This document shows, in pieces, positions 42,234 to 51,499 of a stretch of 64,000 nt of DNA (position 1 is the stretch's first letter; each line of letters opens with the position of its first letter). The DNA lies in NCBI GenBank assembly GCA_963703315.1, contig OY969811.1:4096001-4160000 (forward strand). Direction: 5' to 3'. Position numbers and translations under genes: made by a program. The stretch comes from an uncultured cyanobacterium. Lineage in GTDB: Bacteria; Cyanobacteriota; Cyanobacteriia; Pseudanabaenales; Pseudanabaenaceae. The notes beneath the pieces were generated by a model that saw only the letters and a program-made list of their open reading frames with translations, searched no databases and was not told where the DNA came from.

Positions 42234-43736
42234 ATGGATTTTCTTGCCCAAGTTTATGCCCAGTCTGCCCAGTTTATTCTCGGCATAAAAATGGATTTTC
42301 TGTCTCTTGATTATGCCCAATTTCTGATCGGCACAACGCTCATTTATTGGCTAGTTCCCAATCTGCAAATGCGCTTGTTGGTTATTTTGACTGCAAGTTT
42401 AATGTTTTATTCATTTATTCAGGTGCAGTATGTCTGGCTATTGATTGTGATGTTAACGATCACCTTTTGGTTGGGGAGAGAAATCCGTAAAGGCGATCAG
42501 TTTTTAAAGCAGTGGTTGCTGTTTGTGGGGATATTTTTTAATGTACTGCTGCTATTTGGGTTTAAATATATTCCTTTCGTTGCAACGGCGATCGGTAATA
42601 TTACAGGCTTGCCTGTGGGGAGTTCGCTAGCGATCTGGGCAAAGGCGAATATTATTCCGCCGATTACCTTAAGTTTCTTTGTCTTTGAATTAATTGCCTA
42701 TCTGATCGATACCTATCGTGGCAACACACCCGCTAGAGATTTTCTCAGCTTTGCGGCTTACAAATTGTTTTTTGCCAAGTTGCTATCAGGTCCAATTACC
42801 CGCTATCAAGAATTTGCACCTCAACTGTTAACGCGATCGCGTCCTGTACTACCCGATATTGTTGAAGGTATATGGCTATTTGCCTGTGGCGCTGCCAAAA
42901 AAGGGCTCGTCGCTGACAATATGGCGCGGTTAGTAGATCTCAGTTTTCGGAATACTGAACGCGCAGGTTCTGTCGATCTCTGGTTGGCATTGCTTGCATA
43001 CGGGATTCAGATCTATTGCGACTTTAGTGGTTATATCGATATGGCGAGAGGTAGTGCCTTGTTATTCGGTTTCAAACTACCCCAAAATTTTGATTTCCCC
43101 TATTTCTCGGCGAGTATTTCTGATTTTTGGCGACGTTGGCACATGACCCTCGGTGCATGGATGCGAAATTATCTCTATATTCCTCTCGGTGGTTCTCGTG
43201 GTAGACTATGGCGCACCTGCCTAAACTTGATGATCATCATGGTTGTAGTTGGCATTTGGCATGGCGCAAACTGGGGCTTCATTATCTGGGGTGTATGGCA
43301 TGGAGCCGCCCTAGTCGCCCATCGCCTGTGGATGGAAGTTTGTTCTGTCTTCGAGGGATTACAAAAAATCTGGAAACCTCTACCTATGCAAATCTTGGCA
43401 ATTGTAATTACCCAGTTAGTCGTCTTTTTAGGATGGATTCCGTTTCGCTTGCCAAATATAGTGGATATGAATATGTTTATCAAAAGACTATGGGGCTACG
43501 AAAGTGATCCGCAGTTTGGCATCAAAATCTATGTTGAATCCCTCGGTATTACTGTGGGGCAAATTTCGCTCTTAATGTTGGGGATATTTGTTGTGTCACT
43601 GATTGCCTATCGTTGCGATCGCGCTAAGTGGCAATTAAATTGGCAAGTAAAATTATTCCTAGTCCCCGTCAGCCTATTTCTAGTTAGCATTCTTAGCCCT
43701 GACAAGAAATTACCCTTCATCTACTTTGATTTTTAG
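42234..43736 (+). CDS. MBOAT O-acyltransferase (AlgI/DltB-like)
   Basis: DFSGYIDMA, NFDFPY, DFWRRWHMTL, GIWHGA. The true start may be ATG 42291. Confidence 0.92.
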   Translation: MDFLAQVYAQSAQFILGIKMDFLSLDYAQFLIGTTLIYWLVPNLQMRLLVILTASLMFYSFIQVQYVWLLIVMLTITFWLGREIRKGDQFLKQWLLFVGIFFNVLLLFGFKYIPFVATAIGNITGLPVGSSLAIWAKANIIPPITLSFFVFELIAYLIDTYRGNTPARDFLSFAAYKLFFAKLLSGPITRYQEFAPQLLTRSRPVLPDIVEGIWLFACGAAKKGLVADNMARLVDLSFRNTERAGSVDLWLALLAYGIQIYCDFSGYIDMARGSALLFGFKLPQNFDFPYFSASISDFWRRWHMTLGAWMRNYLYIPLGGSRGRLWRTCLNLMIIMVVVGIWHGANWGFIIWGVWHGAALVAHRLWMEVCSVFEGLQKIWKPLPMQILAIVITQLVVFLGWIPFRLPNIVDMNMFIKRLWGYESDPQFGIKIYVESLGITVGQISLLMLGIFVVSLIAYRCDRAKWQLNWQVKLFLVPVSLFLVSILSPDKKLPFIYFDF

Positions 43737-43763
43737 ATTGCGGAAAAGTTAGAGTTTTGGGCT

Positions 43764-44333
43764 TTAGCGATCGCCATTAGGTAATCCATAAGGCTCGATC
43801 CCGTTTTGTTTGAGTAGAGCCTCATAATAATCACGCTCACGACGAATTTCGTCATCGATCGCAAAGCCTTCACCCAAATTAGCAAGGGCTTTTTCAAGAG
43901 TTTTGATTTTTGCAGTAGTAGTCTCATTTCGCTCCTGCTCAGTGCGAATCACACCAAAAGCATCATCAAATCTGCGTTCTAGAGATTCAGACAGTAATGC
44001 CCAAACTAGCGCCAGAGCTTGTTGATTGCCCTGACTACTTTGATAAAGCCAATAAGCAGTTACAACGTCCAAGGGGAGAGCATTAAATCGGGTTTGTCCT
44101 CTTTTATCAGAGGGTGACTCAACCTCAATACTGTCGGGCGTATAACCTTCTCCCCGTATAGCATTGATGCTCTTTGAGGTCAAAAAGCGTCGGGCGTTAA
44201 TTTCATCTTTGCCTACAGTTTCCGCCGCCTGAGTTTGCGACATCCGATAACTGCCATCGGGTAACATGAACCCATCAACGATTAATGCTCCGATCGCTAC
44301 GGTGGCGCGGGTTGCTTTAATTGATTCACTCAT
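43764..44333 (-). CDS. Hypothetical protein, resembles mobile-element DNA-binding (P63C/antirepressor-like) proteins
   Basis: GFMLPDGSYRMSQTQAAE, LERRFDDAFG, C-terminal coiled coil. The family assignment is tentative. Confidence 0.6.
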   Translation of the reverse strand: MSESIKATRATVAIGALIVDGFMLPDGSYRMSQTQAAETVGKDEINARRFLTSKSINAIRGEGYTPDSIEVESPSDKRGQTRFNALPLDVVTAYWLYQSSQGNQQALALVWALLSESLERRFDDAFGVIRTEQERNETTTAKIKTLEKALANLGEGFAIDDEIRRERDYYEALLKQNGIEPYGLPNGDR

Positions 44334-44348
44334 AAATTTTAGCTTGGG

Positions 44349-44402
44349 TTATTTTTGGGGTGAGAGATCGCCAAGTTTACATTCAAGCGTTTTACTAAGC
44401 TT
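44349..44402 (-). pseudogene. 3' remnant of an XRE/Cro HTH gene
   Basis: KLSKTLECKLGDLSPQK* resembles the last helices of XRE domains. No 5' part is present. Confidence 0.4.
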
Positions 44403-44404
44403 GT

Positions 44405-44626
44405 TTAGGCGCTTAATGGTTCAAGATCGATATATTCGCATAGGGTTTTTGGCTGTGGAATTAGCATCCCATCTTCTGCAAGAGACTCTAAATGAAAAGC
44501 GATCGCTTCTTGGATCAGAGTTCTGACTTCATCGACGGTTTCAGCTACAGCCACACAACCTAGTAAATCAGGAACATAAGCTCCGTAGCTGTTTTCGCCA
44601 GTTTCAATTACAACTGCATATTTCAT
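44405..44626 (-). CDS. HicB family antitoxin (orphan)
   Basis: YAVVIE, YGAYVPDLLGCVAVAET, IQEAIAFHLE. Confidence 0.88.
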   Translation of the reverse strand: MKYAVVIETGENSYGAYVPDLLGCVAVAETVDEVRTLIQEAIAFHLESLAEDGMLIPQPKTLCEYIDLEPLSA

Positions 44627-44629
44627 AAC

Positions 44630-44950
44630 CTATTCCTCAATATATTCGGCAACTGCTTGCAAATCTGCTAATCCTCGATTGAGGCGATCGCGCATGACAT
44701 CATTGAGTTTAGGATTGTGCAATGCGACTTCTTGAATTGCTTCTAGCCATTTGGAGATTGGTACATGACGCACGGCTTCGCGGAGTCCCATGTTTGCCAA
44801 GATACCAAGATAGAAGCCTGTTAAGTCTTGCCCACCATAACCATAGAATCCACTCCATAGCTCTAGTTTTTCAGGTGTGTATTCAAAGTACTGATCGGAG
44901 GTGATTGGAGTGCGATCGAGTTGTGGTTGGGGGAATGGTGGTTGAGTCAT
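44630..44950 (-). CDS. Hypothetical protein (TPEKLEL motif)
   Basis: 106-aa ORF ending 3 nt before hicB. Confidence 0.7.
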   Translation of the reverse strand: MTQPPFPQPQLDRTPITSDQYFEYTPEKLELWSGFYGYGGQDLTGFYLGILANMGLREAVRHVPISKWLEAIQEVALHNPKLNDVMRDRLNRGLADLQAVAEYIEE

Positions 44951-45214
44951 GATGTTTCCTGCACTTTTTTAAGCAATCAATAGTTCAAGAGCGACATAGG
45001 GGTGCTAGACAGTCAAAGCATGATCGGCGTATTTAGATTTTTTTTATGTTATGAAATTGGCGTTTCAGCAATTGTTCGTCATTAGCTGAGCAGTGCCTTA
45101 GAGATTCGATAAAACATTAATATTAATGTTAATTGAATTTTATAAGTGATTTAGCGGATGGCTTAAAAAGATTTTTTTATTACTCTTAATAATAAATACT
45201 TTTAAGGAAATAAT

Positions 45215-45451
45215 ATGACACCATATCCTGCAAATCAGCTACTTAAAAAATTTGGAAATGCTGTTACAGCATTATCTAAGAAGTTGCCGAAGAATGAAAG
45301 AGATAATGTAAATCAGTCATGGCAAGTGGTTGAAAGAGCTATTAAAGTTAATAGTGCTGATTTTGAGGCTTTAGCCGAATATAAATCTCTGATTATCTAT
45401 CTAAGAACATCTGGTTTAATAGATCCTAATGGTAGAGAATGGGAACCTTAA
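45215..45451 (+). CDS. Hypothetical protein in AT-rich segment
   Basis: 78-aa ORF with an AAGGA RBS upstream. Confidence 0.6.
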   Translation: MTPYPANQLLKKFGNAVTALSKKLPKNERDNVNQSWQVVERAIKVNSADFEALAEYKSLIIYLRTSGLIDPNGREWEP

Positions 45452-45482
45452 ATTTATCCAAACTAAGTGAAAACTCTATGTC

Positions 45483-46295
45483 TTAGAGCGTTTTTTGAAT
45501 CATTTCTATTAATTTGTCAAGATACTCCTTGATAATATTTATTGATTTATCACTTGGGATTAGTAAATTTTTGTTTTTACCACCTAAAATTGTATCTCTA
45601 ATATATCTTATAGCTTTTTTATGAGTATTGATATTTGCAGTAGAATCTAAAATCATTTCTACTGGCATATATCTTCTGTATTTAATACTACAAACAAGCC
45701 AAGCTCTTAAATATGCATAAATAGAATCAGACAATTCTGGATATCTATCATCATTATTTTTAATACTTAATCCTCTTGATAAGGTAGTTCTAACAACATC
45801 TTTGAGCTTATCTGTTTTATCAGCTTCTAATAGATCTTCTAAAGCTTGATCATAAAGTTCTTCTAATTCACCATCCTGTCTAACTTTTATATCAATTTCT
45901 AGTCTAGAGATTAGATATTCTTCATTAGATATTATATTGTCAAGGTTTAATGATTTTACGGATTGATAGATTTTCTGTAAAGTATATAAAAGATATAGTT
46001 CCTGTCTTTTTAAAATATCAACTATATCTTTATCAAACTCTTTTCTAGCATTTTCAGTGTCTGATTCTATCCATTCTTCAATGAGAGGCTTAACAAGCTT
46101 ATCGGACAGTAAATAAGTTGAAATTAAACCTACTAATATTGACAAAACAATCGGAGGTATCAATAAGGTTTGAGGAATAATTGAACTTACTGCGAATAAG
46201 CTTAATCCAAGGACAAAAGAGATTATATTAATTATTAATATCCGAATAATCGTTACATCTTTATTGATTTTTTTCTTCTTAGATTTGCTAGTCAT
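45483..46295 (-). CDS. Hypothetical 2-TM protein with soluble helical C-terminal domain, AT-rich
   Basis: 270-aa ORF in very AT-rich DNA with two N-terminal hydrophobic segments. Confidence 0.7.
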   Translation of the reverse strand: MTSKSKKKKINKDVTIIRILIINIISFVLGLSLFAVSSIIPQTLLIPPIVLSILVGLISTYLLSDKLVKPLIEEWIESDTENARKEFDKDIVDILKRQELYLLYTLQKIYQSVKSLNLDNIISNEEYLISRLEIDIKVRQDGELEELYDQALEDLLEADKTDKLKDVVRTTLSRGLSIKNNDDRYPELSDSIYAYLRAWLVCSIKYRRYMPVEMILDSTANINTHKKAIRYIRDTILGGKNKNLLIPSDKSINIIKEYLDKLIEMIQKTL

Positions 46296-46724
46296 AATTA
46301 TTTATTCTGTTGTCAATATAAATTTTTTATGATTCTTTACTTACCAAGATTACTCTTCTAAAATATTTTTATGACTATAATCAACTCTGCTATTTATCTA
46401 TTAAGCTGATTGTGTATATCCTGATTGTGTATATAATTATCAACTTTAAGGTTTTATAAAGTAAATTCTTGCATTAATTTTACTTATATTGACATATAGC
46501 AAACTATTTTGTAAATCCCTATTTTTACCAATAATGATTACTCCACTTTTTTATATAAATACTAGATCAAGTCATATCAAGAGGATGTAATGATTTGTAA
46601 CAAAATAGCCAGTTATCTACTATTTTATTATGACCCTAAACACTTATTTGCGACTCAATCTACTTGCATTATCGAGTTTAGGATTTCGTAAATTAGCTTC
46701 TTGAATTGCTTCTAGCTATTGATA

Positions 46725-47666
46725 TCAATTTATCAAATAAGTTTGTCGATAACTTCTATCTGCCATATATAAAGCCTCTGATTCAGTCCATTGCTTCATC
46801 GGTTCCAAATCTGCAACCATCACAAACTGGCTTAAATATAAATTATCCCCTAGAACATTAGTGATAACTTTGGCGATCGCCTTGCAGCAACTTTGCGGAT
46901 AACGTACTACTTGCTCCTCACTAAAGCGAATCACAATCCAATTTTTATCAAGGAAAAAGTTATTCCGCTTGGTATCTTTGCTAGCCCCAACAAAGTGAGT
47001 AGGAACTTTGTTGTTATAGGCATAAGGCTCATCAATCTCTATGTCAATGTATAGATTTACAGACTTGTCGATATAGACAAAATCAGGACTGTAATGATGT
47101 TTAAAATTTGGAATATTGAGGGTAAGCCCGCGTTTTACTTTGTCCTTGAAATAGTGGTTGAGATATGCATAAAACTTAGCTTCTGAGAATCCTGTTGGAG
47201 CCTTACTATTTCCTCCATCATTGGGTTTGGTTTGCCTGAGTATCCGCAAAAGCTCTAATTTTCGATACGAAGCTATATTTTCGTGACTATGGATATGCTT
47301 GATCTGTTGCTCATATTCTCGTTTCGCCTGTTGATAGGACTGCAATAACTTTGGATATTTCTTTACTTCATCATCGTGCGCTCGCTTGCGCTGTGGAAAA
47401 CTCTGATTCATTGACCATGCGAGATAAGCGATCGCAACAGTGCTTAGGGCGATCGCGGCAATACCTAGCCAAATATGAAAAAATGCAAGCGCTAATGACG
47501 CGACAAAGCCAACAATCATCCATCTTGTTAATACCTTTCTGTCATAGATTTCTGGTAGTGAAGATGGTTTTTGTGGTGCTGTCTCTGTAAATACAGGTAC
47601 AGGTGGATTGATACTTTGGGCGCGTTGTATGGAGCTAGGAATTAAGATGATTGGATAGGTAGATAT
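46725..47666 (-). CDS. Membrane-anchored DUF559/Vsr-like endonuclease-domain protein
   Basis: YSPDF..IDIEIDEPY..H..D.KRNNFFLDKNWIVIRFSE. The frame is open upstream of ATG 47519, through ATA 47666. Confidence 0.75.
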   Translation of the reverse strand: MSTYPIILIPSSIQRAQSINPPVPVFTETAPQKPSSLPEIYDRKVLTRWMIVGFVASLALAFFHIWLGIAAIALSTVAIAYLAWSMNQSFPQRKRAHDDEVKKYPKLLQSYQQAKREYEQQIKHIHSHENIASYRKLELLRILRQTKPNDGGNSKAPTGFSEAKFYAYLNHYFKDKVKRGLTLNIPNFKHHYSPDFVYIDKSVNLYIDIEIDEPYAYNNKVPTHFVGASKDTKRNNFFLDKNWIVIRFSEEQVVRYPQSCCKAIAKVITNVLGDNLYLSQFVMVADLEPMKQWTESEALYMADRSYRQTYLIN

Positions 47667-47819
47667 GATCTTCGGTTTTTATGTAGAAAGATTTAGGTTT
47701 TTTATAACAACATTGTGGGGCAACTTGCAGGATTTTGCTCAACTAGGCAAGCCTGTCAAAAAGATGTAATAATTTGTAACAGAATTAACAAGCGATCGCT
47801 TAGCCATGCGATCAAACTC

Positions 47820-48221
47820 ATGGAACCCGAATCAATAAATACGGAAACTTCTAACGCCGAAACTAAACCTGTACTCAATATAACCATAGTTGAGGAGTCT
47901 GAAGTCAAAGAAGAACCTCATCGTCATGAATGTGGCGTATGCGGCTATATATATGAACCTTCTATTGGTGATACCAAGCGGGATATTCCTGCGGGTACTC
48001 CCTTTGAAGAAATCTCCGAAGACTGGCGATGTCCTGTCTGCAACACCAAGAAAAAAGCTTTTGCAGATATTGGTGTCGCCGCCAAACCATCGGGCTTTAC
48101 CGAAAATCTTGGCTATGGTCTAGGCGTTAACGTCATGACCCCAAATCAAAAAAACTTACTGATATTTGGCTCTCTGGCTCTCGCAGTCATTTTCTTCTTG
48201 AGCTTGTACGCCCTCGATTAA
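47820..48221 (+). CDS. rubA: Membrane-anchored rubredoxin
   Basis: CGVCGYIY...WRCPVC, GFTENLGYGLG, C-terminal TM. Lies upstream of ycf48. Confidence 0.93.
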   Translation: MEPESINTETSNAETKPVLNITIVEESEVKEEPHRHECGVCGYIYEPSIGDTKRDIPAGTPFEEISEDWRCPVCNTKKKAFADIGVAAKPSGFTENLGYGLGVNVMTPNQKNLLIFGSLALAVIFFLSLYALD

Positions 48222-48265
48222 CCCATTTATTTAGCATCATACTTTTATATATTTATCAGATTTTT

Positions 48266-49270
48266 ATGAATAAAAGCATAAAACGCTTACTTACCTCCTT
48301 CTCACTTTGCCTATTACTGATCTGTACAACCTTCTTTGGCAGTGCAATGCCCAGTGCTTCCGCCAATCATGGTAACTGGCACAAGGTCGAGCTACCTGTA
48401 GCCATCACTCCCCTCGATCTTTGGTTTGACAAATATGACCCTGATCACGGCTGGCTAGTGGGTACTGATGCCACTTTGCTGGAATCCACCGATGGCGGTA
48501 ATACATGGGAAGAGCGCAAACTCGATCTCGGTGATGGCATTTATCGCTTTTCATCGATTAGCTTCTCTGGAGATGAGGGTTGGATTACAGGACAACCTTC
48601 ACTCTTGCTACATACCACCGATAGCGGCAGATCTTGGTCACGCATTGGACTTAGCTCAAAACTCCCAGGCGATCCCTTTGCGATCGTCGCTCAAGGTCGC
48701 AATTCTGCGGAAATGGTCACCGACTTAGGCGCGATTTATCAGACTCAAGATGCTGGACAAAACTGGAAGGCTCTAGTTACCCAAGCTGTCGGCAATGCCC
48801 GTAACCTCAACCGTAGTGAAGATGGTCGTTATGTGGCAATCTCCGCCAATGGGAATTTTTATTCCACATGGCAACCAGGGGATATGACTTGGATTCAGCA
48901 CAATCGCAATAGCTCGCGCCGTGTGCAGAATATGGGCTACACTCCCGACAATCGCCTGTGGATGTTAAATCGTGGCGGTCAAGTTCAGTTTAGCGAAGTT
49001 GGCGAATTTGATACATGGGAGAAAAAACAAACTCCTAAGGAAGGCGGCGGCTTTGGTTTGCTAGATCTTGCCTATCAAGATGAAAATAACGTCTGGATTT
49101 CTGGTGGTAGTTCGAGACTACTCCATAGCGAAGATGGGGGCAAAACTTGGAAACGTGATGAGTCCGCAGCTAATGCAGGGGCGAACCTTTACAAGCTTTA
49201 CTTCTTTTCAAGCGATCGCGGTTTTGTAGTTGGACAAAACGGCACATTGCTAGCCTATACCCCAGACTAA
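48266..49270 (+). CDS. ycf48: Photosystem II assembly factor Ycf48/Hcf136
   Basis: BNR repeats (STDGGNTW), HNRNSSRRVQNMG. Confidence 0.95.
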   Translation: MNKSIKRLLTSFSLCLLLICTTFFGSAMPSASANHGNWHKVELPVAITPLDLWFDKYDPDHGWLVGTDATLLESTDGGNTWEERKLDLGDGIYRFSSISFSGDEGWITGQPSLLLHTTDSGRSWSRIGLSSKLPGDPFAIVAQGRNSAEMVTDLGAIYQTQDAGQNWKALVTQAVGNARNLNRSEDGRYVAISANGNFYSTWQPGDMTWIQHNRNSSRRVQNMGYTPDNRLWMLNRGGQVQFSEVGEFDTWEKKQTPKEGGGFGLLDLAYQDENNVWISGGSSRLLHSEDGGKTWKRDESAANAGANLYKLYFFSSDRGFVVGQNGTLLAYTPD

Positions 49271-49297
49271 AAAAAGCCTCGCATTGCGAGGCTTTTT

Positions 49298-49969
49298 TTA
49301 TCTGCCTAATGCGTGGAGTGCGTTGATTGCATCCGCGCATTTTTGTGTGTATGCCTCAAGAGTTGCGCGATCGCCTGCTTCTGGCGCAGGAATTAACTCA
49401 CCGATCCTGACGGTCACTGGCTGAAATAACTTCGGAAATTTCGCACCCTTCGGCAGAATTGTCTCTGTACCCCATACACAGACTGGTAAAAAAGGAGCAT
49501 TAGTTTTTGAAGCAATCATGGCTGCCCCTAGCTTCGGTTCCGTAATCTTGCCGTCAAGGGTGCGTGTACCCTGCAAAAAAATACCTGTTGCCCAACCCTT
49601 ATTAATCGACTCGATCGCCGATCTAATGGCAGCGCGATCGCCTGCCCCTCGCTTGACTGGATAAGCCCCAAATGCCTGAATTGCTTGGCTCAAAACAGGT
49701 ATTTCAAATAATTCTTCCTTCGCCATAAAAGCAACGGGACGAGCCATACAACTACCAACGATCAAAGGATCAAAATCACTGGCATGGTTACTAACCACGA
49801 TTAGATTGCCAGTTAACGGCACATTTTCTGTACCATAAATGCGTTCTTGGTAAAACAAATACAGTAGTGGTCTTACCACTAGCCACTTGAACATCATATA
49901 TAGGATATGACTACCGCCTTTAGCCTTTTCGTTGTCTTTGGTAGTTATAGGGGTGGTATCGTTTGCCAT
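49298..49969 (-). CDS. plsC: Lysophosphatidic acid acyltransferase
   Basis: NHASDFD, FMAKEELF, IFLQGTR. Confidence 0.88.
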   Translation of the reverse strand: MANDTTPITTKDNEKAKGGSHILYMMFKWLVVRPLLYLFYQERIYGTENVPLTGNLIVVSNHASDFDPLIVGSCMARPVAFMAKEELFEIPVLSQAIQAFGAYPVKRGAGDRAAIRSAIESINKGWATGIFLQGTRTLDGKITEPKLGAAMIASKTNAPFLPVCVWGTETILPKGAKFPKLFQPVTVRIGELIPAPEAGDRATLEAYTQKCADAINALHALGR

Positions 49970-50082
49970 TTACCAATTTTCCAGAACATTGCTACTTAAA
50001 CTTAATACGAATTAGGCACATAAGGCTTCGGCTTTTTTGGGTGCGGCTTCGCCGCGCCCAAAAAAAGCTAGTTCTTAGGCTC

Positions 50083-50190
50083 TTAAAGCAGTTTTCGATC
50101 AAAAGGAACCATAAGAAACTTTTTAAAAGCGTTGCTTTGCAACGCTTTTAAAAAGTTTCTTGGTTTGGGTTTGAGCGCAAAGTGCTGTAA
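50083..50190. repeat. ~108-bp palindromic MITE-like repeat, family B (copy 1)
   Basis: AAAGCGTTGC..GCAACGCTTT core and TTTGAGCGCAAAGTGCTGTAA end. Second copy at 61687-61793. Confidence 0.75.
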
Positions 50191-50471
50191 AGCTGTTGCC
50201 ATTGTTCTGGAGTATAGGTTTTAAGTGATAAGGCATGAATCGTGGTCTGCATCTGGTCAGCAAGGGCGGCATAGACCATCCGATGTTGCTGCATCATGGT
50301 TTTACCTGCAAAGCTGTCAGCAACGACGATCGCATCATAATGACCACTACCCACAGGTGCATTCATCCGTCCTTGATGATGTTTATGTAAATCACTACGA
50401 TCTTCTATCTCAATGATAGTTGCCCCAATTTTTGCTTGTAAAATACTTTTGATTGTGGCGATATTATCCAT
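50148..50471 (-). CDS. bolA: BolA family protein
   Basis: GSGHY, FAGKTMMQQHRMVY, IHALSLKT. Confidence 0.9.
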   Translation of the reverse strand: MDNIATIKSILQAKIGATIIEIEDRSDLHKHHQGRMNAPVGSGHYDAIVVADSFAGKTMMQQHRMVYAALADQMQTTIHALSLKTYTPEQWQQLYSTLRSNPNQETF

Positions 50472-50550
50472 TTTTAGTGACTGCTATTACTTCTATCTTT
50501 TTAATTTAACGTTTTAATTTAACGCTTAGTTGCGATAAAATTTCTGGGCT

Positions 50551-51261
50551 TTAAGAAGGTCTTTGTAAAGCAGCACATCTTGTAGACCTAATGCGTTGCT
50601 CCGATCGCGGATCGATTTTGAGATTAATGGTTTGATGCTTACTGCGATCAACTAAAGGAAACTGAGTTTGCCAATTGCTAATAATGTGAAAATAATTTTC
50701 AGCATCCTCTAGACAGTATTCATAGATTTCATTAAGAATTGTTTCATAACCCCTCTCTTTTCGTAAGACTTTAATGCCATTACGAAAAACATAATATCCT
50801 TTGATTCTTTTATCAATCGGAATTCCTAAATATGCAAATAGATTATTTAAGCCTTGATTGAGTCCTGTACGCTGGCTTGTTCTCTGTAAATCTAGAATTC
50901 TAATACTATCAATTTTAGGAATAAAGTCTAAAGCATCTATTCTTTGACGTAAACAAAACATATCGCTAGTTGACAAACCATATCCTACAAAATACTTACC
51001 CCGCAAGCTATGTAAGTCATGCAATATATCTTGAATTATTTTCTTCTCTTGTGTACTAGATTCAATAAATTGGATTTTGATGTATTGTTCATTACTATCT
51101 TCTAAAATGCGCGTAAGTGTGTAACCAAAAATCTTTTGTACTGAACCATTTTTCTGAAAGTCGCGACACCATTCTAAGTCTAAAAAAACAAGGTCGTAGA
51201 TTGAACCATCGTAAAAATTGTTTATATATTGACTTGGAATCTTAAATTCCTTTTTATACAT
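50551..51261 (-). CDS. RNase H-like (DEDD/YprB-like) exonuclease-fold protein
   Basis: LVFLDLEW, VGYG..SD, ILDL, YEYCLED. AT-rich. Confidence 0.65.
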   Translation of the reverse strand: MYKKEFKIPSQYINNFYDGSIYDLVFLDLEWCRDFQKNGSVQKIFGYTLTRILEDSNEQYIKIQFIESSTQEKKIIQDILHDLHSLRGKYFVGYGLSTSDMFCLRQRIDALDFIPKIDSIRILDLQRTSQRTGLNQGLNNLFAYLGIPIDKRIKGYYVFRNGIKVLRKERGYETILNEIYEYCLEDAENYFHIISNWQTQFPLVDRSKHQTINLKIDPRSEQRIRSTRCAALQRPS

Positions 51262-51499
51262 AGAGTTTGGCTTAGTGGAGGGCTAGGAGAAGGGCTAGCG
51301 AGTAGAATAAACTACTATCTATATATGTATACATCCTAACCGTAATATTCAGTTTGCGATCGCTCACGTTGCACAAATTAAAATCTCCAAAATAGTGACG
51401 ATACTTCACACTAGGATTCTGCGATTTCATCAAGAAAGTGGCACGGCTTCGCCGTGCCACTTTCTTGATTTGTGTCCTCTATGTTTACTTTAGGGGTTT

